A stretch of 64,000 nt of DNA, from assembly GCA_031375675.1 (NCBI GenBank), contig JANMIG010000014.1, positions 15,934 to 79,933 of the forward strand, given 5' to 3'. Below the pieces are notes generated by a model. That model was not told the origin of the DNA. It worked only from the letters and a program-made list of their open reading frames with translations, and did not search any database. Source of the stretch: Chitinophagales bacterium. GTDB taxonomy: Bacteria > Bacteroidota > Bacteroidia > Chitinophagales > Chitinophagaceae. Shown here piece by piece: positions 8,986 to 19,194 of the stretch; the first letter of the stretch is position 1; each line of letters begins with the position of its first letter. Position numbers and translations under genes: made by a program.

Positions 8986-10698
8986 ATGCAGTTTTCTTTA
9001 CACCGGCCATTGCGCCATCTTTTAGCAGTAATTATTTTGCTGGCCTTTGGCAATACCGTAAAAGCGCAGCCACTGCTGGCATACAACCCTGTCATCAGCA
9101 GCGGCCTCAGCTCACCTGTTGATATTGTAAATGCAGGCGACGGCACCAACCGTATTTTTGTGGTGCAGCGTGGTGGCACCGTAAGGATTTACAATGGCAG
9201 CACTTTTGCATTTATCGGAACATTTTTAACCATGAGCGGCAATTTTACCACTGGCGGAGAAAGGGGCCTGCTGAGCATCGCTTTTCATCCTGATTACGAA
9301 AACAACCGGTACTTTTTTGTGTATTATACCAATGGTGCCGGTGGCGTAAATGTAGACAGGTTTCAAACACAACTGGCCAACCCCAATGCGGCTGACTTTG
9401 CCACCCGTACCAATATTATGAGTTTTACAAAACCAGTGGTGTACAATAACCACAATGGCGGTAAGCTGAATTTTGGCCCCGATGGAAATTTGTATTTTGG
9501 CCTTGGCGACAGCGGCAGCGGCGGTGACCCCGGAAACCTGGCACAAAACGGTAACAGCTACTGGGGTAAGATGATGCGCATCAATGTGAATAATTTTACC
9601 ACGCCACCCTATTACACAGTACCGGCCACTAATCCCTATATCAGCGACCCAAATGTGCTGGATGAGATATGGTGTATTGGCCTGCGCAACCCCTGGCGCT
9701 GGAGCTTCGACCGCCAAACGGGTGATATGTGGATAGCAGATGTGGGCCAGGACAACCGGGAAGAAGTAAATTATCAACCTGCAGCAAATACCGGAGGTAA
9801 AAACTATGGCTGGCGCTGCTATGAAGGCAATGCGGCTTATAATACGGCTTCCTGCCAGCCCCAAAGCAGTTATGTGTCACCCATTTTTGATTATCCGCAC
9901 AATAACACAACAGGTGGTTTCTCCATCACTGGTGGCCATGTGTACCGTGGTACTGAATTTGCTTTTTTAAACGGCTATTATATCTGTGCCGATTATGTAT
10001 CAGGCAATACCTGGTTAATAAAAGAGGCAGGTACTTCAGGCGGTTTTACCACCAGCATACAAACAGGGCTGCCGGGTAATATTGTAAGCTTTGGTGAAGC
10101 TGAAAATGGCGACTTATACACCATCAACCTGAGCGGCACATTGTTCAAAGTAAATGCCACAGCCCCCATACCCGTAACGCTTACCCGCTTTACGGCCCAA
10201 AACAACAATGGCAATGTGCTGGTAAAATGGCAAACCAGTTTTGAACAAAATACCAGCCGCTTTGAAGTGGAATACAATACTGATGGCAGTAACTGGCAAA
10301 ATGCGGGCAATGTAAATGCAAGCAGCCAGCCCAATGGCAGCAGCTACTCATTGATACACAATTTTACAGTAAGAGAAAATGTGCTGTACCGCCTTAAAAT
10401 AATTGACAATAACGGAAGCTATGCCTTTTCACCCACAGTGGCGCTGAATGCCATTCCACGTAAAAAAGCATTGGTATACCCAACACTTGTTCAGGATAAA
10501 ATATTACGCATTGCACTGGATGCACCTTTTGCCAGCCTGCAACTGCTGGATGCCAATGGCCGGGAAGTGTACAGGCAGAATATTACCGGCAGAACGGGTA
10601 CTATACAACTGAATGTACCGGCACTGGCTGCAGGCATATACACGGTGGTGGTAAAAAATGCACAGGAACTGGTGACGCAAAAAGTGGTAGTGGAGTAA
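8986..10698 (+). CDS. PQQ-dependent (glucose/sorbosone) dehydrogenase-family beta-propeller with a T9SS type A CTD
   Basis: GERGLLSIAFHPDY, NHNGG.LNFGPDGNLY, GLRNPWRWSFD, DVGQ..REE, then a PVTL..F linker and a CTD ending GIYTVVV...KVVVE. Confidence 0.9.
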   Translation: MQFSLHRPLRHLLAVIILLAFGNTVKAQPLLAYNPVISSGLSSPVDIVNAGDGTNRIFVVQRGGTVRIYNGSTFAFIGTFLTMSGNFTTGGERGLLSIAFHPDYENNRYFFVYYTNGAGGVNVDRFQTQLANPNAADFATRTNIMSFTKPVVYNNHNGGKLNFGPDGNLYFGLGDSGSGGDPGNLAQNGNSYWGKMMRINVNNFTTPPYYTVPATNPYISDPNVLDEIWCIGLRNPWRWSFDRQTGDMWIADVGQDNREEVNYQPAANTGGKNYGWRCYEGNAAYNTASCQPQSSYVSPIFDYPHNNTTGGFSITGGHVYRGTEFAFLNGYYICADYVSGNTWLIKEAGTSGGFTTSIQTGLPGNIVSFGEAENGDLYTINLSGTLFKVNATAPIPVTLTRFTAQNNNGNVLVKWQTSFEQNTSRFEVEYNTDGSNWQNAGNVNASSQPNGSSYSLIHNFTVRENVLYRLKIIDNNGSYAFSPTVALNAIPRKKALVYPTLVQDKILRIALDAPFASLQLLDANGREVYRQNITGRTGTIQLNVPALAAGIYTVVVKNAQELVTQKVVVE

Positions 10699-10717
10699 AA
10701 GTATTTTTGAGCTTATA

Positions 10718-10752
10718 AAGGCTGCCATAATAAATATGGCGGTCTTTTTTTA
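10718..10752 (+). terminator. Intrinsic terminator
   Basis: AAGGCTGCCATA/TATGGCGGTCTT stem followed by a T run. Confidence 0.75.
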
Positions 10753-10802
10753 TGCGCTGCAACCTGCAAACATGCCACCTTGAGGTCACATGGATGCACT
10801 TG

Positions 10803-11087
10803 CACTGTGCATGTATAGTCATGTGAGTTCACCTGTGCCTATGTACACTGTGCATATATGGTCATGTGAGTTCACCTGTGCCTATGTACACTGTGCATGT
10901 ATGGTCATGTGAGTTCACCTGTGCCTATGTACACTGTGCATGTATGGTCATGTGAGTTCACCTGTGCCTATGTACTCTATGCATGTATGGTTATGTGAGT
11001 TCACCTGTGCCTATGTACACTGTGCATGTATGGTCATGTGAGTTCACTTGTGCCTATATACACTGTGCATGTATGGTCATGTGAGTT
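10803..11087. repeat. 43-bp tandem repeat, 6 full copies plus 27 nt
   Basis: Consensus CACTGTGCATGTATGGTCATGTGAGTTCACCTGTGCCTATGTA. Units start at 10803, 10846, 10889, 10932, 10975, 11018 and 11061, with no spacers. Confidence 0.95.
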
Positions 11088-11253
11088 TTCTGGTATATTG
11101 ATGCAGTACATATACTTGTGCAGGGATGTTTATCAATACAAAGCAGCCGGTAACAGAATGAATTGAGCTATAATACCACCAGCCTTGTCATCTTTCCCGG
11201 GATTTCCGTTCACCCCCCTGCTTAACTGTACATTTCCTTGCGCTACAGTACTG

Positions 11254-11703
11254 CTACATACCACCCGCCTTCATTCTCGAAAAAGGAAAACCACCACAAC
11301 CTTTCCTTGGGTTTTGCCTGCCGGCAGCAGCAGCTTTTTCGGCTTCGGTGAATGTTTTAGCCTGGTAAACGGTGTAGCAAAAGCCCCAGGTATAAGGCGC
11401 CATGTTATCAAACTTCATTACATCTATACGGGCATACAAACCTGCTTCTTTAGAACCGGAAGTAATATTTTTTGCAATAAAATATTGCATCATGCTGTCA
11501 TACTTTAAGATAGTGTATTTTCCACCGGGTTCCTGCTCCCACACTGTATTTGTTATATTGTAGCTTATGCCATAATCATCTGTAAACTTCCCCAGCAGGT
11601 AAGCAGGCACAGTGTTCTTTTCAGCAGCAGTTAATCTTGCCGTACCGGTACAATTTGAAAAAACAATTACAGTTAGTAAGGCTATTACAAATAATTTGAG
11701 CAT
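11254..11703 (-). CDS. Hypothetical lipoprotein
   Basis: Lipobox-like FSNC. Conserved-looking FTDDYG..Y, YARID and WGFCY...A motifs. Confidence 0.7.
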   Translation of the reverse strand: MLKLFVIALLTVIVFSNCTGTARLTAAEKNTVPAYLLGKFTDDYGISYNITNTVWEQEPGGKYTILKYDSMMQYFIAKNITSGSKEAGLYARIDVMKFDNMAPYTWGFCYTVYQAKTFTEAEKAAAAGRQNPRKGCGGFPFSRMKAGGM

Positions 11704-11790
11704 GTAAATTCGGGTATTGTGTTATTGGGAATTGGGTATTTGTACATTCCTGTATCATCCTGCACCAGCATTGTTGCAGGCAGGAATTAT

Positions 11791-11834
11791 CACATCATCC
11801 CATCAGCACATCAGCAAATCAGCACATCAACAAC
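11791..11834. repeat. Degenerate octamer tract after rlmN
   Basis: CACATCATCCCATCAGCACATCAGCAAATCAGCACATCA; same family as 5025-5127. Confidence 0.75.
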
Positions 11835-12884
11835 TCACATCAGCTCCTTATTCGCCAGCTGGCCACAGGCAGCATCAATATCCTTTCCGCGGCTGCGGCG
11901 CAGGTGAACGTTTACCCTGTTTTTGCTGAGTATACCCATAAATTTGTCAACCGAATCATCATCCGGCTTTTCGTACTTTGCCATATCAATGGGGTTGTAC
12001 TCAATAATATTCACCATATGGGTGGGAATCTGCCGGGTAATTTTGGTAAGTTCCTCGGCATCCTTTGGGGAATCGTTAAAGTCTTTAAAGAGTATGTACT
12101 CCAGCGTTATTTCATTCCCGGTCTCTTTGTAAAAATAATTAAGCGATTCCACCAGGGTGGCCATGTTATTGGTTTCGTTGATGGGCATGATCTCATCCCT
12201 TTTTTTATCGTTGGGCGCATGCAGCGAAAGCGCCAAGTTAAACTTCACTTTATCATCACCCAATTGCCTGATCATTTTAGCTACACCCGCCGTGGATACT
12301 GTAATGCGCCGGTGGCTCATATTCATCCCGTTTACCGAATTGATCTTTTCAATGGCCTTCAGTACATTTTTGTAATTGAGCAGCGGCTCCCCCATGCCCA
12401 TAAAAACAATATTGCGCAGCTTCTGGCTGAACACCCTTTCACTCTGCTGGTTCAGCAGGGCCACCTGGTCGTAAATTTCGTCAAAGTTCAGGTTGCGTTT
12501 CCTGTCCATATACCCTGTGGCGCAGAATTTACAACTAAGGCTGCAACCCACCTGCGATGATACACAGGCCGTGTGGCGGGTATCAGTCGGTATCAGTACC
12601 CCCTCTATCAAATGACCATCGTGGGTTTTAAACCTCGATTTAATGGTACCATCACTGCTGTACTGCGTAGCATCAACCGTTAATGCGGGCAGCGAAAAGT
12701 TCTCTTCCAGCTTAGCTCTTAATTCCACAGACAGGTTGGTCATGGCATCAAAACCCTGCACCTGCTTTTTCCACAGCCATTCATATACCTGCTTTGCCCG
12801 GTACTTTTTTTCGCCCATTGTTTCAAAATAGGTCATCAGTTCCTCCTCGGAGAGATTGCGTATATTGGTTGCCACTGTATTCAT
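11835..12884 (-). CDS. rlmN: 23S rRNA m2A2503 / tRNA m2A37 radical SAM methyltransferase
   Basis: CVSSQVGCSLSCKFC radical-SAM motif, FMGMGEP and C-terminal DIDAACGQL. Start moved to MNTV (12884). Confidence 0.97.
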   Translation of the reverse strand: MNTVATNIRNLSEEELMTYFETMGEKKYRAKQVYEWLWKKQVQGFDAMTNLSVELRAKLEENFSLPALTVDATQYSSDGTIKSRFKTHDGHLIEGVLIPTDTRHTACVSSQVGCSLSCKFCATGYMDRKRNLNFDEIYDQVALLNQQSERVFSQKLRNIVFMGMGEPLLNYKNVLKAIEKINSVNGMNMSHRRITVSTAGVAKMIRQLGDDKVKFNLALSLHAPNDKKRDEIMPINETNNMATLVESLNYFYKETGNEITLEYILFKDFNDSPKDAEELTKITRQIPTHMVNIIEYNPIDMAKYEKPDDDSVDKFMGILSKNRVNVHLRRSRGKDIDAACGQLANKELM

Positions 12885-12888
12885 CCTG

Positions 12889-12896
12889 CAAAGGTA
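12889..12896 (-). promoter_or_regulatory. -7 box 4 nt before the rlmN ATG
   Basis: Minus strand reads TACCTTTG-CAGG-ATG. Confidence 0.65.
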
Positions 12897-13038
12897 GGCG
12901 TATAGCAGCCCGAAAAAAATGTTATATTTGATTTCTTTATACCCCGAAAAAGACATTTCGGGGCAAAAAAAAGGCGAAAATGCCAAAAAAAGGGCTCAAA
13001 ACTGACAATTTTGCTGCCTGAACGGTTAAAAAGCGAAT

Positions 13039-14232
13039 ATGAAACCAGTATATATAATTGATGCAGTACGTACACCCATTGGCAAATATGGCGGTGCCCT
13101 TAGTGCCACCAGGCCGGATGACCTGCTGGCATTGGTAATAAAAGCATTGCTCACCCGCAACAGTTCTGTGGATATTACCGCAATAGAAGATGTAATTGCC
13201 GGGGCCGCCAACCAAAGCGGAGAAGACAACAGGAATGTGGCCCGTATGGCTGCCCTGCTGGCCGGGCTGCCTGATACGGTAGCCGGTAATACGGTTAACC
13301 GCCTTTGTGCCAGTGGCTTACAGGCTGTAATGGATGCCAGCCGGGCCATTATGTGCGGTGAGGGAGATGTGTACATAGCCTGTGGTGTGGAAAGTATGAG
13401 CCGTGCCCCCTTTGTAATTGCAAAAAACAGCGAACCTTTTGGCCGCAAGGCTGAAATGTACGATACCACCCTGGGATGGCGCTTCATCAATAAAAAACTG
13501 GCCGAAATGTACCATCCCTACAGCATGGGTGAAACAGCAGAAAATGTGGCAAGAAAATGGAATATAAGCCGTCATGCGCAGGATGAATTTGCCCTGTCGA
13601 GCCAGGATAAATATTTTAATGCCCTTTACAATAATAAATTTAACAAAGAGATAATACCACTGCAGGTGCAGGTAGGCAAGGATGTATTTGCGTTTGATAA
13701 AGATGAGCATCCCCGTCAAACCTCATTGGAAAAACTGCAGCAGCTGAAACCTGCTTTTGCCAAAGACGGTACGGTAACAGCCGGTAATTCATCAGGCATC
13801 AATGATGGCGCTGCTGCCATGCTGCTGGTAAGTGAAGATGCAGTAAAAAAATACGGACTAAAGCCAATGGCCAAAATAAAATCCATGGCTGTAGCCGGTG
13901 TTGCCCCGGCTTTTATGGGAGTTGGGCCTGTACCGGCAGTAAAAAAAGCGCTGCTGCGGGCAGGTATTACAGCTGCCAACCTCGACCTGGTGGAACTGAA
14001 TGAGGCATTTGCTTCCCAGTCCATCGCCTGTGTACACGACCTGGGGCTCGACCTGGAGAAAGTAAATGTAAATGGTGGCGCTATTGCGCTGGGGCATCCA
14101 CTGGGGTGCAGCGGAGTACGCATTTCCACTACGTTACTGCACGAAATGAACAAACGCTCGGCCAGGTACGGACTTGCCTCCATGTGTGTAGGCGTGGGCC
14201 AGGGTGCGGCGGTTGTATATGAAGGCCTGTAA
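13039..14232 (+). CDS. Acetyl-CoA C-acyltransferase (thiolase, PcaF/PaaJ-like)
   Basis: NRLCASG catalytic Cys, NEAF, GGAIALGHPLG and SMCVGVGQG. Confidence 0.95.
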   Translation: MKPVYIIDAVRTPIGKYGGALSATRPDDLLALVIKALLTRNSSVDITAIEDVIAGAANQSGEDNRNVARMAALLAGLPDTVAGNTVNRLCASGLQAVMDASRAIMCGEGDVYIACGVESMSRAPFVIAKNSEPFGRKAEMYDTTLGWRFINKKLAEMYHPYSMGETAENVARKWNISRHAQDEFALSSQDKYFNALYNNKFNKEIIPLQVQVGKDVFAFDKDEHPRQTSLEKLQQLKPAFAKDGTVTAGNSSGINDGAAAMLLVSEDAVKKYGLKPMAKIKSMAVAGVAPAFMGVGPVPAVKKALLRAGITAANLDLVELNEAFASQSIACVHDLGLDLEKVNVNGGAIALGHPLGCSGVRISTTLLHEMNKRSARYGLASMCVGVGQGAAVVYEGL

Positions 14233-14272
14233 CAAAAAAAATATTGTTGCGTTATACTAAAAAAATATACTC

Positions 14273-14680
14273 ATGAAATTTATTACAACAATCTGCCTGT
14301 TCATTTTTTGCTTTGGTGCTGCATCTTTTGCACAAACCGATACCTTACAGCAGTATGCAGGCAAATACAAATTTCCTGAAGGCAGCGTGGTGGCCGAAGT
14401 GGAAGTAATGTACAAAGATGGCGCATTAACCATGACGTCATCTGCAGGTTCCTCAGTACTCAGGTTTGAAAAAGATGACCAGTTTACCATCGTAAGTTTT
14501 GATGGTATTGCAGTGTTTACCCGCAATGCTCAAAGAAAAGTTGCCGGTATCCACATAGAAGCCATGGGTTATTTACTGGATGGCACCAAGGATGAAATTA
14601 AAGAAGGCAAAATTGCAATACACAGCCCTGCCGCAATAAGCATGGCATTTAAAAGCCTGCACACGCAGTTACGAAAATAA
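14273..14680 (+). CDS. Secreted hypothetical protein (DUF3471-like beta domain)
   Basis: Signal peptide ending AQ and LQQYAGKYKF motif. Confidence 0.65.
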   Translation: MKFITTICLFIFCFGAASFAQTDTLQQYAGKYKFPEGSVVAEVEVMYKDGALTMTSSAGSSVLRFEKDDQFTIVSFDGIAVFTRNAQRKVAGIHIEAMGYLLDGTKDEIKEGKIAIHSPAAISMAFKSLHTQLRK

Positions 14681-14725
14681 AACCACTGCCTGTTAAACAA
14701 GGGGTTTCAGGCTCCTGTAATAATT

Positions 14726-16105
14726 TTATACTTGCAGCAATACCTCTGCCAGCTCACCCGGCAACACAGTTTGCTGTACGCCTGTAGCCAGGTTTTTTAC
14801 CACACAATTGCCCTGCTCCAGCTCCCTGCTGCCGATGATAATGGCAAAAGGAATATTTTTCTTTTCTGCATACTTGAACTGCTTGTCCATTTTTGTTTGT
14901 ACAGGGTACAGTTCGCAGGCTATACCCATGCTGCGCAGTGATTGCATCATAGTAAAAGCAAACCCGCTTTCCTTTTCTCCGAGGTTAAAAAAAAGCGCTT
15001 TTGTACTTACCTGCAGGTTTTCAGGAAACAGCTTCATTTCTTCCAGCACATCATATATCCTGTCTATCCCAAAGCTGATGCCCACACCGGGAATACCGGG
15101 TACACCAAACAAACCGGTAAGATCATCGTAGCGGCCACCGCCACCAATGCTGCCCATCGTTACTTCCGCAGGCGCTTTGGCTTCAAAAATAATCCCCGTA
15201 TAATAATTAAGCCCGCGGGCAAGGGTAAAATCGGCAGTGATATTACAGCCAACGCAATTTGCCATTACTGTTGCAAGCAGATATTCTATCTCAGCAATAC
15301 CTGCCTTGCCTGTTTCATTATCTCCCAGCAGCGTCTTTACCTGCTCAAGTTTTTCCTTATTGCTCCCTGTAATAGCTAAGTACTGTGCAATTACCTGTAT
15401 CTGCTCCTCCTCCAGCCCACGCTGCAGCAGTTCTTCCTTTACTTTATCAATGCCAATCTTATCCAATTTGTCAATAGCAATGGTAATGCTCATCATTTTA
15501 TCTGCGCCACCGCATAGTTCGGCCAATGCTGCCAGTATCTTCCGGCTGTTAATCCTCAATTCATAATCCTTCATTTTCAATTGTGTAAACACTTCATGGT
15601 ACATCAGTGCCAGCTCCACTTCATTCAGCAATGCTGTACTGCCCACCACATCTGCATCACACTGTGTAAACTCCCGGTAGCGTCCACGCTGGGGCTTGTC
15701 GGCACGCCATACGGGCTGCACCTGGTAGCGCTTAAAAGGAAAACTCAGTTGACCGTGGTTCATGGCCACATACCTGGCAAAAGGAATAGTGAGGTCATAT
15801 TTTAAGGCACGTTCAGTAATACCGCTGTTGTTTTTTCCGGCCAGTATCTTTTCAAAATCTTCTCTTGCCTTATCATGTTTTTCAATTCTTTCAAGGCCGT
15901 TATTCAATATTTTAAAAATCAGTTTATCCCCTTCCTCGCCATACTTGCCCATCAGGGTATCAAGATTTTCCATGGCAGGTGTTTCCAGTGGCGCAAAGCC
16001 ATATAATTCAAATACAGTTTTAATCGTATTGAGTATGTACTGCCGCTTTCTTACTGTAGCTGCGTCAAAATCCCTGGTACCCTGTGGTATTGCTGCTTTA
16101 GCCAT
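14726..16105 (-). CDS. hisS: Histidine--tRNA ligase
   Basis: IPQGTRDF, LKYDLTIPFARY, RADKPQRGRYREFTQCD, RGLNYYTG and GGGRYD. Confidence 0.98.
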   Translation of the reverse strand: MAKAAIPQGTRDFDAATVRKRQYILNTIKTVFELYGFAPLETPAMENLDTLMGKYGEEGDKLIFKILNNGLERIEKHDKAREDFEKILAGKNNSGITERALKYDLTIPFARYVAMNHGQLSFPFKRYQVQPVWRADKPQRGRYREFTQCDADVVGSTALLNEVELALMYHEVFTQLKMKDYELRINSRKILAALAELCGGADKMMSITIAIDKLDKIGIDKVKEELLQRGLEEEQIQVIAQYLAITGSNKEKLEQVKTLLGDNETGKAGIAEIEYLLATVMANCVGCNITADFTLARGLNYYTGIIFEAKAPAEVTMGSIGGGGRYDDLTGLFGVPGIPGVGISFGIDRIYDVLEEMKLFPENLQVSTKALFFNLGEKESGFAFTMMQSLRSMGIACELYPVQTKMDKQFKYAEKKNIPFAIIIGSRELEQGNCVVKNLATGVQQTVLPGELAEVLLQV

Positions 16106-16152
16106 TGTCTTTTATTATCCGGGATTTGCTCCCGTTTTAAAGTTATTTTTTT

Positions 16153-16270
16153 GTCATGTTGTGTTCGGTGAGGACACCGACCACGGCAGTTTCGTCATTT
16201 TGTGTTCGGTGAGGACACCGACCACGGCAGTTTCGTCATGTTGCTTTCGGTGAAGACACCTACCACGGCA
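16153..16270. repeat. Three tandem 41-bp REP-like units
   Basis: Units start at 16153, 16194 and 16235. Core hairpin TCGGTG-AGGA-CACCGA followed by CCACGGCA; the third unit is degenerate. Confidence 0.85.
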
Positions 16271-16295
16271 CTGGCAACTGCTTACCCGCTTCAAA

Positions 16296-16772
16296 TTATT
16301 TTGCTGCCGTATTACCAGCACTGTACCGTTCCACTATCTTTCCGCAAGCCTTATCAATCAGTTCAAACACTTCATGATACCCCGGTTCCGGTCCGTACCA
16401 GGGGTCGGGCACATCCCGCTGCTGGCCCGGGTACAGTTCATTCAGTAACAGATATGCTTTAGCCGCATCAAACTTTTTGCCTGCTATCCGCTGCATATCC
16501 TCCATTACATCAGCAGCCAGCGCATATATTTTATCGTATGCAAAAAAATCGTCCTGTATAAAGCGCCTGGCACGCTGTGTACTGATGTTGATACCATGCT
16601 GCAGCGCTACTTTCTGCGATAAATGGTGCGGTGCCTCCCCGATATGATACCCGTTGGTACCAGCACTGTGTACCACCCATTTTAACCCTGCTGCCGTTGC
16701 TTTCTGCTGCAATATCCCCTCTGCTAAAGGGCTGCGGCAGATATTACCCAGGCAAACCATCAATATTTTCAT
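16296..16772 (-). CDS. Low-molecular-weight protein-tyrosine phosphatase
   Basis: VCLGNICRS P-loop and DVPDPWYG. Confidence 0.95.
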   Translation of the reverse strand: MKILMVCLGNICRSPLAEGILQQKATAAGLKWVVHSAGTNGYHIGEAPHHLSQKVALQHGINISTQRARRFIQDDFFAYDKIYALAADVMEDMQRIAGKKFDAAKAYLLLNELYPGQQRDVPDPWYGPEPGYHEVFELIDKACGKIVERYSAGNTAAK

Positions 16773-16777
16773 CGCCG

Positions 16778-16785
16778 CAAAGGTA
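16778..16785 (-). promoter_or_regulatory. -7 box 5 nt before the LMW-PTP ATG
   Basis: Minus strand reads TACCTTTG-CGGCG-ATG. Confidence 0.6.
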
Positions 16786-17002
16786 ATACAGTTTGGTTAG
16801 TTGAGGAAGTTCATTAGCGTTGACAGGGAGCAGATAACAGTGAACATCCAGGTTAAAGTTAAAGGGGCCGGGCTTCGTCAATTTTTAATTCTTAACTTTT
16901 AATTCTCAATTGACCATTATGGAATTAGCCAGCTAATACATCTTAGTATCAAACGCGGCAGCCGGTTTTGAAACAATTTTCATCACTTCAAAACCAAACA
17001 AT

Positions 17003-17830
17003 ATGAACAGTGAACAAATAATGAAAAGTGAAGTCATTGACATCATTTTCGAAAACAAGAACAAAGCCTATGGTGCATACCACCTGCGGAAGTTTTATGA
17101 CAGGCGGCTGAACAAAGCGCTGCTGATTATGCTGGCAATGGTGGTTGTTTTATCAGCCTTTACTTTTTTGCCAGAAAAGCCAGCCAAAGAAAATATCCCT
17201 GATTATACGTACAAAATAATAACACTTGCAGACTCGGAAAAGAAACCGGAAGAAAAGCCTCAGGAAAAGCCCAGGCCCAAAACGCAGGCTGCTCCTCAGG
17301 CACAGTTTACAAGTACTATAAAGTTTACAAAAGGGCCTGACACAACCACAATAAAAACGCTTGACCCGTCAATAGCTATCGGCAGCACTACCATTAATCC
17401 TCCCGATCCGGGTACAGGAGAGCCGCTAACAGTTGGTGGTACACCCGGCGGCGGCGGTGGCGGAGAAGGTACTGAAAAACCCAAAGTGCCTGAGCAACCA
17501 GTTTTCAACCCGGAGATACCGGTTGACAATGCAGATGTGCAACCTGAGTTTCCCGGTGGGATGAACAAGTTGCGTACCTTTTTGCAGAATAACCTTACCA
17601 ACCCCAGGGATATGGAGGAAGGTGAAATGGTAAGCGTAAAGATAAAATTTGTGGTGGGTTATGATGGCAAACTGAAGTCATTTGAAACGATTGAAGACGG
17701 GGGCAGTGAGTATAACAGGGAAGTGATAAGGGTGTTGAAAAAAATGCCCGAATGGATACCCGGCAAGTCAAATGGCAGAAACGTATCAGTTTATTATACC
17801 ATACCTGTAAAATTCACCCCTGCTGAGTAA
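17003..17830 (+). CDS. tonB: Energy transducer TonB
   Basis: DIIFENKNKAYGAY.LR N-terminus, TM helix, Pro/Gly-rich linker and C-terminal PEFPGG...PEWIPG..NGRNVSV.YTIPVKF. Confidence 0.9.
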   Translation: MNSEQIMKSEVIDIIFENKNKAYGAYHLRKFYDRRLNKALLIMLAMVVVLSAFTFLPEKPAKENIPDYTYKIITLADSEKKPEEKPQEKPRPKTQAAPQAQFTSTIKFTKGPDTTTIKTLDPSIAIGSTTINPPDPGTGEPLTVGGTPGGGGGGEGTEKPKVPEQPVFNPEIPVDNADVQPEFPGGMNKLRTFLQNNLTNPRDMEEGEMVSVKIKFVVGYDGKLKSFETIEDGGSEYNREVIRVLKKMPEWIPGKSNGRNVSVYYTIPVKFTPAE

Positions 17831-17933
17831 AGATATGTGTTAGAGCCGGGCCGGATAGCAATTGATTAAAAGCCGTTGTTACCGCCCGGTTCAAACAATT
17901 TTTGTAAATTGCAATTTCATTAAAAATAAAACA

Positions 17934-18179
17934 ATGGCCCTCGAAGAATTTGAAAGAAAAGAACCCAGCCGCCGGGAAAAAGGCTATGCCGGGATGCGCA
18001 GTATCATGGATTACGGCATGGGTCTGCTGATTGCTGCCATGGGTGTTTTTTTTATGTTTTCCACTAAAATATCTCCCGAATTTCCGCAGTTTGACGACCC
18101 ATGGATTAAAGGATTGGGAGGTGTGGCTGTTATTTACGGTATCTTCAGGATTTACAGGGGCTACAAGAAAACCTATTAA
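17934..18179 (+). CDS. Small two-TM membrane protein
   Basis: MALEE start after an A-rich region; YG.FRIYRG motif. Confidence 0.7.
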   Translation: MALEEFERKEPSRREKGYAGMRSIMDYGMGLLIAAMGVFFMFSTKISPEFPQFDDPWIKGLGGVAVIYGIFRIYRGYKKTY

Positions 18180-18186
18180 TGCAAAA

Positions 18187-19128
18187 ATGAATACGAAAAT
18201 AACGGTTATAGCTTTTCTGGCAACATGGATACTCTGCGGAACCGGTTGTAATAATAAGCAAAAGGTTGAAACAGATACCCCCGGCAATGGCAGTATCAGC
18301 ATCAGCGTTGATGAATCATTCAAACCCATTATAGACGAGCAGATTAAAATGTATGAAGCCACATGGCCCAATGCAAAAATAAATGTGCAGTACAAACCGG
18401 AGGCAGACTGCCTTAAAGACCTGATAAGGGATACGGCTACCCGTATGGTAATTGTTACCCGGGGGCTCAACGAAAAAGAGGAGAAATACCTTACCGATAC
18501 ACTCAGCTACCGTCCCAAATGGGATGGTGTGGCTACAGATGCCATTGCCGTAATTGTACCTGTCAGCAGCAACGATACCCTTTTTACTGTGGAAGATTTG
18601 CGGAACCGCCTCACCGGCAAATCCAGCAACAGAAGCACCATTATTTTAGACGGCCTCAGTGCCACCAGTACTGTTCGCTTTGCCAGGGACAGTATCCTGC
18701 AGGGCAACATGCCATTCGACAGCAGCATGGTAAGGGCCGTAAAAAGCAGCAGCGAAGTGATTGATTATGTAGCTTCTACTCCGGGCAGTATTGGCATGGT
18801 GGGCATCAGCTGGATTGGCAACCCCGAAGACTCAGCCCAGGTGAAACTGTTAAAAAAAGTTAAAATTGCTTACCTGCGCTGCGACAGATGCGCTGGCACA
18901 CCCTATGTAAAGCCCACGCAGGCAAGCATTATGGAAAAACGTTACCCTTTGGTACGTGCTTTGTATTACATACTCAAGGAAAACTACAATGGCCTCGGTT
19001 CAGGTTTCACAGCCTTCCTGCAGTTTGAAAGGGGGCAGTTGATTTTCAGGAGGGCCTATCTTGCACCGGGCAAAATAGGGTTTGGCATAAGGCATGTTAA
19101 GATAAATGAAAAATTAAGAAAAGATTAG
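18187..19128 (+). CDS. PstS-like periplasmic substrate-binding lipoprotein
   Basis: Lipobox TGC, G.ISISVDESFKPI, ATDAIAVIV, YPL.R.LYYI and GF..F..ERGQ. Start moved to MNTK. Confidence 0.85.
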   Translation: MNTKITVIAFLATWILCGTGCNNKQKVETDTPGNGSISISVDESFKPIIDEQIKMYEATWPNAKINVQYKPEADCLKDLIRDTATRMVIVTRGLNEKEEKYLTDTLSYRPKWDGVATDAIAVIVPVSSNDTLFTVEDLRNRLTGKSSNRSTIILDGLSATSTVRFARDSILQGNMPFDSSMVRAVKSSSEVIDYVASTPGSIGMVGISWIGNPEDSAQVKLLKKVKIAYLRCDRCAGTPYVKPTQASIMEKRYPLVRALYYILKENYNGLGSGFTAFLQFERGQLIFRRAYLAPGKIGFGIRHVKINEKLRKD

Positions 19129-19194
19129 TAAGGCAGAATAGCAGATAAAGGATAAAAGATATAACATTGTAAAGTCTTAAAACGGTAAAATAAA

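Noticed and set aside
10803-11087. CRISPR array
   Set aside because: Units are contiguous and nearly identical with no unique spacers, and there are no cas genes in the window.
16153-16270. Mini-CRISPR array
   Set aside because: The sequence between the hairpins is also repeated, so there are no spacers; it fits a REP-type tandem.
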